NCBI GenBank assembly: GCA_051747805.1
Contig: JBNJGP010000087.1
Span: forward strand, 1 to 10,252
Reading direction: 5' to 3'
Source: Candidatus Muiribacteriota bacterium
GTDB taxonomy: Bacteria > Muiribacteriota > Muiribacteriia > Muiribacteriales > Muiribacteriaceae
Length of the DNA: 10,252 nt
Position numbers and translations under genes: made by a program. How positions within the stretch are numbered: the first letter of the stretch is position 1; every line of letters begins with the position of its first letter. Shown here piece after piece: positions 1 to 7,213 of this stretch. The notes beneath the pieces were generated by a model that saw nothing but the letters and a program-made list of their open reading frames with translations, searched no databases and was not told where the DNA came from.

Positions 1-60
1 ATTCCAACTTATTGGGATTTTTATTTTCCGGGTTACTGGGATTTTAGTTTACCATTAACA
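1..60. mobile_element. Terminal end of an IS21-family (or Tn7-like) transposable element; the body lies outside the window to the left
   Basis: The reverse complement of 1-60 reads TGTTAATGGTAAACTAAAATCCCAGTAACCCGGAAAATAAAAATCCCAATAAGTTGGAAT. It has a terminal TGT followed by imperfect 21-nt repeats (17/21 identical) with a 24-bp period; TGGGATTTT occurs at 13-21 and 37-45 on +. The end (..CA, 59-60) coincides with the point where CGGC-protein similarity stops. Confidence 0.75.
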
Positions 61-61
61 T

Positions 62-331
62 TTTAAAGTAGCATCTGAAGGGAAGCTTGCCTTTGAAGAA
101 ACTGGTCCGGTAGAAGTAATGGGATTTGTTTCATGTGGTGGATGTCCCGGGAAAAGAGCAATTGCAAGAGCAAAATTAATGGTTGATCGCGGAGCAGAAG
201 CAATAGTTTTTGCCTCATGTATTAGCAAAGGAAATCCTATTGGGTATCCTTGCCCTCATTATGCTAACATGAGGGATGCTGTAATAAAAAAAGTAGGTTC
301 AGAAATAAAAATTATTGAATGGACACACTAA
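62..331 (+). pseudogene. CGGC-domain (putative metal-binding) protein, 5'-truncated by the insertion
   Basis: The frame reads FKVASEGKLAFEETGPVEVMGFVSCGGCPG...FASC...CPH...EWTH, with the CGGC motif and C-terminal TH typical of the family. It is open from 59 with an in-frame TAA at 56-58 and no start or RBS. The usual N-terminal ~20 aa with two more Cys is missing. The ORF-track start at 119 is an internal Met. Confidence 0.8.
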
Positions 332-362
332 AGTAATTGATAATTCATAAGGAGATTATGCG

Positions 363-707
363 ATGATAAAAACAAAAAAATTAGAAGACGCACCAATTAT
401 GGAAACAGCACATAATGTTGATGCAAGAAATTTGTATGATACTGAAAATGCAATGGTTACAGTAATTAAGCTTTTACCCGGACAATCACTAAAAAAACAT
501 ATTACACCAGTTGATGTTGCATTTTATGTTCTTAAAGGTGAAGGTATTGTACAGATTGGAGAAGAAAAATTAACTATAACTGAAAATACTTTGGTTGAAA
601 GTCCAAAAGATATACTTCATTGCTGGTATAATGAGAGTAAAGAGGATATGGTTTTTATGGTAATAAAAGCACCAAAACCAGATAAAAAAACAACTTTTAT
701 AAGTTGA
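363..707 (+). CDS. Cupin-domain protein (cupin_2-like)
   Basis: Cupin motifs L.PGQSLKKHITP..VAFYVLKGEG and ESPKDILHCWYN; SD AAGGAG about 8 nt upstream; directly downstream of the CGGC gene. Confidence 0.9.
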   Translation: MIKTKKLEDAPIMETAHNVDARNLYDTENAMVTVIKLLPGQSLKKHITPVDVAFYVLKGEGIVQIGEEKLTITENTLVESPKDILHCWYNESKEDMVFMVIKAPKPDKKTTFIS

Positions 708-730
708 TTTGAATCATTGGAGGTACAAAA

Positions 731-754
731 ATGAAAAAAATTTTAATATTATAA
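731..754 (+). pseudogene. Orphan gene start (MKKILIL*), likely the remnant of a deleted third operon gene
   Basis: A perfect SD GGAGGT at 719-724 lies 6 nt before ATG731. The N-terminus is typical of a real gene but ends at TAA 752-754. Confidence 0.4.
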
Positions 755-833
755 AAACGGGTTGATAAGCAAGTCGGCAACTTCTTGAACTCGCAAAAAG
801 TTAGCTGCAAGAGTTGGGCAAGACAGGATGTGG

Positions 834-859
834 GAAAAAGAGCCCGCGTCCGTGCGGGC
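834..859 (-). terminator. GC-rich hairpin; intrinsic-terminator-like on the - strand
   Basis: GCCCGC-GTCCGT-GCGGGC at 842-859. On the - strand it is followed by TCTTTTT; on + there is no U-tract. Confidence 0.4.
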
Positions 860-893
860 AAGAAATAAAAAGAATTTGCAATTTATAAAACTA

Positions 894-922
894 TTGACTT
901 TAAGTATTTTTCATGTTAGTAA
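894..922 (+). promoter_or_regulatory. Candidate sigma70 promoter for the riboswitch-antiporter transcript
   Basis: TTGACT at 894-899, a 17-bp spacer, and TG-N-TAGTAA (TG 914-915, -10 at 917-922, poor last base). The start would fall just before the aptamer at 930. Confidence 0.35.
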
Positions 923-929
923 CAAAGAT

Positions 930-976
930 GGTGATGGGGTTCACCTTTAACCGCCTTTCTATGGCTGATGACTCCT
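930..976 (+). ncRNA. Fluoride riboswitch aptamer (crcB motif)
   Basis: GGTGATGGGGTTCACC-TTT-AACCGCC-TTTCTAT-GGCTGATGACTCCT. P1 is GGTGA 930-934/TCACC 941-945, P2 is GCC 953-955/GGC 963-965, and the pseudoknot is GGGGT 936-940/ACTCC 971-975. The conserved GATG, AACCGC and GCTGATGAC elements are present, and it lies in the 5' UTR of a transporter gene. Confidence 0.95.
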
Positions 977-994
977 TTATTTAATATAGAGGAG
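972..994 (+). promoter_or_regulatory. Riboswitch expression platform: anti-SD/SD hairpin
   Basis: CTCCTTTAT (972-980) pairs with ATAGAGGAG (986-994) over 9 bp with one G-U and loop TTAAT. This occludes the SD GAGGAG and is mutually exclusive with the aptamer pseudoknot. Confidence 0.8.
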
Positions 995-1004
995 AACTAT
1001 CTAA

Positions 1005-2198
1005 ATGATTACTACACTATCAATAATAATTATTCTCGGACTTACTGCTAATTTGTTGTTTGTAAAATTGAAACTTCCGGGACTTTTAGGGATGCTTATT
1101 TTAGGTATCTTGATAGGGCCTTTTGTTTTCGATCTCATTGACTCAGAAACCTTAAAGATATCATCTGATTTAAGAAGAATTGCATTAATAATTATTCTAT
1201 TAAGAGCAGGACTAGGGATAAGTCGAACTTCTTTGAATAAAGTTGGTTTTACAGCAATAAAATTAAGTTTTATACCTGGAATTATTGAAGGATTTAGTAT
1301 TGCATTAATTTCAATGATAATTCTGGATTTTACTTTCATTGAAGGGGGAATTCTTGGATTTATCATTGCGGCTGTTTCGCCTGCAGTAGTTGTTCCTAAA
1401 ATGCTTGATTATAAAAATAAAGGTATTGGAATTAATAAAGGTATTCCTACTTTGATTTTAGCCGGTTCTTCAATTGATGATGTTTTTGCAATTACAATTT
1501 TCAGTATTTTCTTAGGTCTTTATAGCGGAAGTCATATAAATATTGGAATAAAAATTATCAGCATACCAATATCAATCCTATCAGGTATTTTGTTAGGTAT
1601 AATTGCAGGTATTATTTTAGTGAAACTTTTTAAAAAATATCATATACGAGATACAAAAAAAGTATTATTAATTTTGGGCTTCGCTTTATTATTAGCAGCT
1701 ATTGAAAATAAACTGAAAAGCAAAATTGAGATTGCGGGTCTTCTTGGTGTTATGACAATCGGTTTTATTATATTAGAATACAAATCAGAAGTTGCAGGCA
1801 GGTTGGCTTTAAAATTTGATAAAATATGGATTTTTGCCGAAATTATTCTTTTTGTCCTGATAGGTTCTCAAGTAAATATTACAGTAGCCCTTGACGCAGG
1901 ATTAAAAGGACTTGCAATAATTAGTATTGGTCTTATAGCCAGAAGTATTGGTGTTATTATTTCAACGATAAAAACAGATTTAAATATGAAAGAACGGTTA
2001 TTTTGTATAATATCATATTTGCCTAAAGCAACTGTACAGGCTGCTATCGGGGCTATTCCGTTAAGCATGGGGATTCCTTCCGGAGAAATTATTTTAGCGA
2101 TTGCTGTATTGTCAATATTGATAACAGCTCCGATCGGTTCAATTTTAATTAATATAACTGCCCCAAAATTATTAGTTACAGAAATGAAAGCTGAATAA
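1005..2198 (+). CDS. Cation:proton antiporter (Na_H_Exchanger fold, NHA2/SLC9B-like)
   Basis: 397 aa and highly hydrophobic (about 12-13 TM). Motifs IILLRAGL, AAVSPAVVVP, AGSSIDDVFAI (double Asp) and YLPKATVQAAIG are characteristic of NHA-type antiporters. Confidence 0.92.
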   Translation: MITTLSIIIILGLTANLLFVKLKLPGLLGMLILGILIGPFVFDLIDSETLKISSDLRRIALIIILLRAGLGISRTSLNKVGFTAIKLSFIPGIIEGFSIALISMIILDFTFIEGGILGFIIAAVSPAVVVPKMLDYKNKGIGINKGIPTLILAGSSIDDVFAITIFSIFLGLYSGSHINIGIKIISIPISILSGILLGIIAGIILVKLFKKYHIRDTKKVLLILGFALLLAAIENKLKSKIEIAGLLGVMTIGFIILEYKSEVAGRLALKFDKIWIFAEIILFVLIGSQVNITVALDAGLKGLAIISIGLIARSIGVIISTIKTDLNMKERLFCIISYLPKATVQAAIGAIPLSMGIPSGEIILAIAVLSILITAPIGSILINITAPKLLVTEMKAE

Positions 2199-2228
2199 AT
2201 GTTATACTGTATAAGAGGTTTATGATTA

Positions 2229-2615
2229 ATGAATATTGCGTTATTTTTAGTTATAGTACTGCCAGTTATTATAATAATTACAATATGCTTCATAAGAGTT
2301 GGATTTAAAAACGCAATTTGCAAAGCTGATTCTGGCAATTGTGTTTTATACTCTCAATTTTCATGCCGTCCTCATAGTGCTTTATTACCCAATCCTGTTG
2401 GTGAAAATATTTATAATATATTGAAGAACGAGTCTAATGCTGTAAGGCTCTCATGGGATTTATCAATATTTTTGGATATATCATTCGATACAGTTTTAGA
2501 AAGGGCAATGAAGCGTGATTTATCATATTTCGGCTCGGAAGATGAAGTTAAGCAAATGTTATTTTACCCTATAAATAACCTAGAATACCTGTGCCTGAAC
2601 TTAAACGAATATTGA
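2229..2615 (+). pseudogene. Probable mosaic or degenerate ORF: N-terminal TM segment plus an internal uridine-kinase-like fragment
   Basis: SD-like GAGGT precedes a hydrophobic N-terminus. The segment WDLSIFLDISFDTVLERAMKRDLSYFGSEDEVK (about 2454-2552) resembles the lid region of uridine-kinase-like P-loop proteins, but there is no Walker A motif. Confidence 0.45.
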
Positions 2616-2637
2616 ATATTGATGATTTGACCCCAAA

Positions 2638-3258
2638 TTATTTTAACTTTGCTTTTATAATTTTAACTTCATCATCAGGTTTTCCATTTGCGTCTGTTTT
2701 TACCTTTTCTATTTTATCAACAATATCCATACCGTCAATAACTTTTCCAAAAACTGTATGATTTCCATCTAACCATTCACATTTATCACGGGTTACTATA
2801 AAAAACTGACTTCCATTTGTATTTGGACCTGCATTTGCCATTGCGATAACACCACGGACAATATTCATTGATTCTAAATCATCTCTATATTTATATCCCT
2901 GTGCTTCTTTTTCAGCTATTTCTGTTTTGGAAAGACCAAGGCCTTTTGCATTAATTTCATCTTCAAAATGTTCGTCCCATATTGATTCTCCGCCTCTGCC
3001 GGTGCCGGTAGGGTCTCCGCCCTGAATCATAAAATTCTCTATTATTCTATGAAAAATTATTCCATCATAATATCCATTTTTTACATGAGTAACAAAATTT
3101 TCTACTGTTTTTGGTGCAATTTTCGGATAAAGTTCCAGGGTGATTTCCCCCATATTTGTTTTTAATATCACTTCTTCTGCCTCCTCTGATGCATGAATTG
3201 GTATTAATAATAGATTTAACAAAATTATTATGCCTATTAATGTTGTTTTTTTAAACAT
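2638..3258 (-). CDS. Cyclophilin-type peptidyl-prolyl cis-trans isomerase with signal peptide
   Basis: Motifs APKTVENF, YYDGIIFHRII.NFMIQGGDPTGTGRGG, AMANAGPNTNGSQFFI and WLDGNHTVFGKV. The start is reassigned to ATG 3258 (MFKKTT..) because GGAGGT lies just upstream, within the ORF-track MGGK codons. The N-terminus is a Sec-type signal (MFKK-hydrophobic-IHA). Confidence 0.95.
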   Translation of the reverse strand: MFKKTTLIGIIILLNLLLIPIHASEEAEEVILKTNMGEITLELYPKIAPKTVENFVTHVKNGYYDGIIFHRIIENFMIQGGDPTGTGRGGESIWDEHFEDEINAKGLGLSKTEIAEKEAQGYKYRDDLESMNIVRGVIAMANAGPNTNGSQFFIVTRDKCEWLDGNHTVFGKVIDGMDIVDKIEKVKTDANGKPDDEVKIIKAKLK

Positions 3259-3295
3259 TTTACCTCCCATAATTTTTTAAACTTTCATATTTTTT

Positions 3296-3318
3296 AAAAA
3301 GGGGCCGGCCGCTCCCCC
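3296..3318 (-). terminator. Possible weak intrinsic terminator after the dehydrogenase gene
   Basis: The - strand reads GGGGGAGCGGCCGGCCCC-TTTTT: an imperfect GC stem plus U-tract about 20 nt after the stop. Confidence 0.4.
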
Positions 3319-3337
3319 ATAATAATAGTTTTTTGTT

Positions 3338-4504
3338 TTAAAGACATTCTTTTAATATATTATAAACATCTTCTTTTCCAAGTTTTTTAAATCCTCCTAT
3401 TTTACCAAAATACTGCTTTATATGCTCGGACATACTTTCAAAATGTTCCCCATCTATTTCAACTTCTGCAAATTTTGAAGGCAGGTTAATTTCTTGAAAA
3501 AAAGATGATATTTGGTTAATTGTTTTATGGGCGTCTTCAACAGTATTATCCAACTTTAAATTAAAAATGTTTCTACCAAGCTCACAGAAAACTTCTTTAT
3601 TTTCTTCGTTTAAAACATATTTCATCCATTTTGGTGTAATAATTGCAAGCCCAACACCATGAGTCAGGTCATGATAGGCTGAAACCTCATGCTCAATAAG
3701 ATGGGTTGCCCAGTCGGTTATTTTTCCGCAGGCAAGCAGACCGTTTAAGGCCAATGTTCCTGCCCACATAATATTTGCCCTGGCTTCATAATTTTCTGGT
3801 TCTTTTATAGCAACTGGGCCATATTTTATACAAGTTTTCAGAATTCCTTCAGCAACTTTATCCATAATGTAAGCATCACGATTCAGGCTGAAATACTGCT
3901 CAAAAACATGACTCATAATATCAGCAACACCGGCAGCTGTCTGGTTTGCAGGAACCGTGAAAGTATTTTCAGGATCAAGTATTGAAAATCTCGGTGTTTG
4001 ATTTTTACCATGAACTGGAATTTTTTCATTAGTTTCTTCATTAGTAATAACTGCACCTGCATTCATTTCAGAACCTGTTGCAGAAAGTGTTAAAATTGTA
4101 CCCAGCGGTAAGGCCTTTTTTGGTTTTGCCTTGCCAGTAGCAAAATCCCAGGGGTCATTTTCGTAATAGAATCCGGAGGCTATAACTTTTGAACAGTCAA
4201 GTACACTTCCGGCACCGGCAGCTAAAATAAAATCAATATTATTTTCTCTGCATATTTTTATACCTTCTCTAACACTGCTAATTCTGGGATTAGGGTCAAT
4301 ACCAGCAAGCTCTTTATAAAAAATATTGTTTTCCTTAAAAATCTGTATTATTTTATCATAAAGTCCCATTTTTTTAATTGATGATTTACCGTATGTTAAT
4401 AAAACACGGCCCCCCCCATGTTTTTTTATTCTGGAAGCAAGCACTTTAAGCTGACCTTTTCCAAAAAATATTTCTGTCGATGGTGAAAATACAAAATTTT
4501 TCAT
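3338..4504 (-). CDS. Iron-containing alcohol dehydrogenase (butanol dehydrogenase BdhA/YqhD-like)
   Basis: Motifs GIDPNPR, GAGSVLDCSK, TLSATGSEMN, FSILDPENT; metal ligands in ADIMSH, THLIEH and LTHGVG; SD AAGGAGG upstream. Confidence 0.95.
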   Translation of the reverse strand: MKNFVFSPSTEIFFGKGQLKVLASRIKKHGGGRVLLTYGKSSIKKMGLYDKIIQIFKENNIFYKELAGIDPNPRISSVREGIKICRENNIDFILAAGAGSVLDCSKVIASGFYYENDPWDFATGKAKPKKALPLGTILTLSATGSEMNAGAVITNEETNEKIPVHGKNQTPRFSILDPENTFTVPANQTAAGVADIMSHVFEQYFSLNRDAYIMDKVAEGILKTCIKYGPVAIKEPENYEARANIMWAGTLALNGLLACGKITDWATHLIEHEVSAYHDLTHGVGLAIITPKWMKYVLNEENKEVFCELGRNIFNLKLDNTVEDAHKTINQISSFFQEINLPSKFAEVEIDGEHFESMSEHIKQYFGKIGGFKKLGKEDVYNILKECL

Positions 4505-4617
4505 TTTTGCCTCCTTATAAAAGTTTTATCTGTCACTTCAAGACCCTTTTGATAAATTAATAATTGCTAAAAATTCTTAATCATGTGATATTAAATTAAC
4601 AGAAATCAAATAATTTT

Positions 4618-6324
4618 TCAATTGTATGGTATTTCAATTATTATTTCACATCCCTTATTTAAAGCACTTTTTATTCGGAATTTTCCAGATAATGCCTCAA
4701 CTCTCTCTTTCATTCCGGTTATTCCTATTTTCTTTATTTCACTTGACTGCAGTATTTGAGTATCAAACCCGATGCCGTTATCTTTTATTTTAAATTCAAG
4801 ACGATTTTTAAACTTTTTAAGTTTAATACTTACGTGGTCTGCCTCACTGTATTTTAATACGTTTGTAATGCCCTCCTGAGCAATACGGTAAAGTGAAATT
4901 GATATGTAATCAGGTATAATTGATGAATCTATGTTTGTATTAAAACTGATTCTTATTTTATGTTCTTCTTCAACATTTTCAAAATAAAGCTGTAGCGCGG
5001 CTGCTATTCCTATTACTTCCATATTTGGCGGTCTAAGCTCTTTTGCTATATTTTTTAAATTTGAAATATAATCTGTAAGATTTTTATTTGTTTTATCTGT
5101 TAATCTTAAACTTTCAGCCTTATTATCATCCTTAATTTCTTCTTTAATAAGTTTTAAATTTGAGCCAATCGAAACAGCCATCGTTCCAAGTTCATCGTGA
5201 AGATCTGCCGAAAGAGCTTTTTTCTCTTCCTCACGAATTTCTGCAATTCTGCGGGCATATTCTTTCATTTTCATCTCTGATTTTTTTAATTTTTCTTCAT
5301 ACTGTTTTTTTACTGTAATATCATGTGCAATTCCTTCAACACTTATTATAGTATTTTTATCATCTCTTAATGGTATTTCAAGTATTTCAAGTATTCTTGT
5401 ATTTTTTCCTTTTGTTATTATTTCTACTTCATAAGGGGCCGGATCTTTTACATTATAACCTTTATTGAATAATAAATAGGCTTTTTTATTAAATTTATTT
5501 TCTGGAAGATAATCTTTTATATTTCCTGTAAATTCATAGGGCGAGTAGCCAAGCACGTTTTTTATTGAAGGGGAGGTATAGTTAATTTTTCCGTCTTTAT
5601 TATGAGAAAAGAAAAAATATTCCCCTTTAAGATTGCTGATTATTAATTCAAGACGATTTTCAAGTAGTTTTTTATGTTTTTTTTCTATATTAAGTGTTTC
5701 TTTTGTATTTGTGGCAGAAATTATTGCCCGACTCTGATTTTCAACTAGTTGATTAAATTTTTTAAGTGAAAAATACATGGTAACTGAAAAAATAAATATA
5801 TAAAATGATTTAAATATCTGTCCCTGCCTGTCAGCAGAAACAATTAAACTTATTAAAGAAGTCGGAATATCATTTATTGTGATAAAGTATACTGTATTAA
5901 ATACTATTAAAGACGTTAACGAACTTATTATTATATTATTAATATTAAAACTGAGCGAGGATATAAGTATAAAAATAAAATATAAAAAAATTGAGGCTGA
6001 AGTTACTGAGGCGGTTGGCGATACAAATGAGGTCAAAAAATAATGATGTATGCCTATTGTGATTATATCAAGGATTATTAGGGGATAACTGTAATAATAT
6101 TTGATTAAATTTTTCTTTTTTAATATCAGGGATAATAATGTAAAAAGGACTAAATTTGAAAATACAGCAAAAAGATGGGGAATTTTATCCGGATTATAAT
6201 AGGCATCATTAATTCCCATTAAAATAACGGTGATTAAAATGAAATTCCTTATTATAAAAGCTAATCTATCGCCTTTTTTTGACTCTTCATTATATATTTT
6301 ATGTTGAATTTTATCTATATTCAT
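4618..6324 (-). CDS. Membrane-bound PAS-domain sensor histidine kinase (HisKA_3, NarX/UhpB class)
   Basis: About 6 N-terminal TM segments, then PAS/PAC (YTSPSIKNVLGYSP..VEGIAHDIT), H-box EEEKKALSADLHDELG, N-box YRIAQEGITNVLKYS and G-boxes KDNGIGFD and IGITGMKERV. Confidence 0.95.
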   Translation of the reverse strand: MNIDKIQHKIYNEESKKGDRLAFIIRNFILITVILMGINDAYYNPDKIPHLFAVFSNLVLFTLLSLILKKKNLIKYYYSYPLIILDIITIGIHHYFLTSFVSPTASVTSASIFLYFIFILISSLSFNINNIIISSLTSLIVFNTVYFITINDIPTSLISLIVSADRQGQIFKSFYIFIFSVTMYFSLKKFNQLVENQSRAIISATNTKETLNIEKKHKKLLENRLELIISNLKGEYFFFSHNKDGKINYTSPSIKNVLGYSPYEFTGNIKDYLPENKFNKKAYLLFNKGYNVKDPAPYEVEIITKGKNTRILEILEIPLRDDKNTIISVEGIAHDITVKKQYEEKLKKSEMKMKEYARRIAEIREEEKKALSADLHDELGTMAVSIGSNLKLIKEEIKDDNKAESLRLTDKTNKNLTDYISNLKNIAKELRPPNMEVIGIAAALQLYFENVEEEHKIRISFNTNIDSSIIPDYISISLYRIAQEGITNVLKYSEADHVSIKLKKFKNRLEFKIKDNGIGFDTQILQSSEIKKIGITGMKERVEALSGKFRIKSALNKGCEIIIEIPYN

Positions 6325-6353
6325 TTTTTATTTAACTCAAACAAATAATTTTA

Positions 6354-6995
6354 TCAAAGCTTAATTAACCCTTCCTTTATTGCCACTCTTACTAAATCTG
6401 TCTGTTTATTTGCCCCGCTTTTTCTCATTATATTTTTTCGATGAACCTGTACTGTATTTATTGATAAACAAAGTTTATCGGCAATTTCCCGGCTGGTCAT
6501 TCCTTCGGCAATCATCTGAAGAATTTCTCTTTCTCTTGTGGTAAAAAGTGAATCTTTTTTTTCATCATCTGTCATATTATTCCATAAAAATCCACTTATA
6601 ATATAATGAGAAATTTTTGGGGATAAATAAAAATTCCCTGAGTAAACTTCATTTATAGCTTTATAAATTTCTTCAACCGCACTTTCTTTTAGAATATATC
6701 CTTTCACTCCATATTTAAAAGCTTTCTGTACAAAGGATTTATCATCATGCATACTTAAAATTATTATTCTTGTCCCGGGCTTTTTTTTAAGAAGCTGTCT
6801 GCTGGTTTCTATTCCATTTAATACAGGCATGGAAACATCTATTATATATATATCAGGTTGATTTTGAGAGGCTATCTGTAAAACTTCCTCGCCGTTTGAA
6901 GCCTCGGCTATTACTTTTATTTTTTTTCTTTCTATTACAGATTTAATTCCCGCCCTTACTACTTCATGGTCATCCGCAAGTAATACTTTTATCAT
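6354..6995 (-). CDS. NarL/FixJ-family response regulator (REC + LuxR HTH)
   Basis: LADDHEVVR, phosphoacceptor in IIDVSMP, LSMH, GYILK and HTH FTTREREILQMIAEGMTSREIA..TVQVHRKNIMRK. SD AAGGA; 29 bp from the kinase gene. Confidence 0.96.
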   Translation of the reverse strand: MIKVLLADDHEVVRAGIKSVIERKKIKVIAEASNGEEVLQIASQNQPDIYIIDVSMPVLNGIETSRQLLKKKPGTRIIILSMHDDKSFVQKAFKYGVKGYILKESAVEEIYKAINEVYSGNFYLSPKISHYIISGFLWNNMTDDEKKDSLFTTREREILQMIAEGMTSREIADKLCLSINTVQVHRKNIMRKSGANKQTDLVRVAIKEGLIKL

Positions 6996-7102
6996 GATTT
7001 ATCCTTTATTCTTTTTATGATGTTGTTCTAATAATATATTAAAACAATAAATCTGTCCAAAAAAAAAGTATTAAAATTTTTAATTAGATTTTTTTATTTT
7101 TC

Positions 7103-7169
7103 TAACCTGTTTTGGTTATAAAATTACCTTTTTATGGTGATTATCTTTTAACTAAAAATCGTTCATAAT
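7103..7169 (+). promoter_or_regulatory. Tandem palindromic operator boxes plus a weak promoter in the divergent intergenic region
   Basis: TAACC-TGTTTT-GGTTA (7103-7118) and AATTACC-TTTTTAT-GGTGATT (7122-7142) have centres about 21.5 bp apart. They are followed by TTATCT (7141-7146), a 17-bp spacer and CATAAT (7164-7169). Confidence 0.45.
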
Positions 7170-7213
7170 TAATTATAGAAAAAGATAAAAATGGTTTTTT
7201 ATGGGGGCCTGAT

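Noticed and set aside
1..60. 24-bp periodic repeats as a CRISPR array or iterons
   Set aside because: There are no unique spacers and only about two copies. The TGT terminus and the gene interruption fit a transposon end better.
119..121. Met119 as the true start of the CGGC protein
   Set aside because: Family-like sequence continues upstream to position 62 and there is no good SD; it is an internal Met.
1001..1366. 121-aa ORF on the - strand
   Set aside because: Antisense shadow of the well-supported antiporter gene; no motifs.
2200..2208. Extended -10 TGTTATACT after the antiporter stop
   Set aside because: There is no -35, and the implied start would fall within the downstream SD; insufficient support.
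1868..2338. 156-aa ORF on the - strand
   Set aside because: Mostly antisense to the antiporter; no SD or recognisable family.
3259..3270. MGGK extension of the cyclophilin
   Set aside because: These codons contain the SD (GGAGGT) of ATG 3258.
4584..4601. TGTGA-N8-TAACA upstream of the dehydrogenase as a Rex/CRP-like site
   Set aside because: The spacer is 8 rather than 6 nt, and such matches are frequent in AT-rich DNA.
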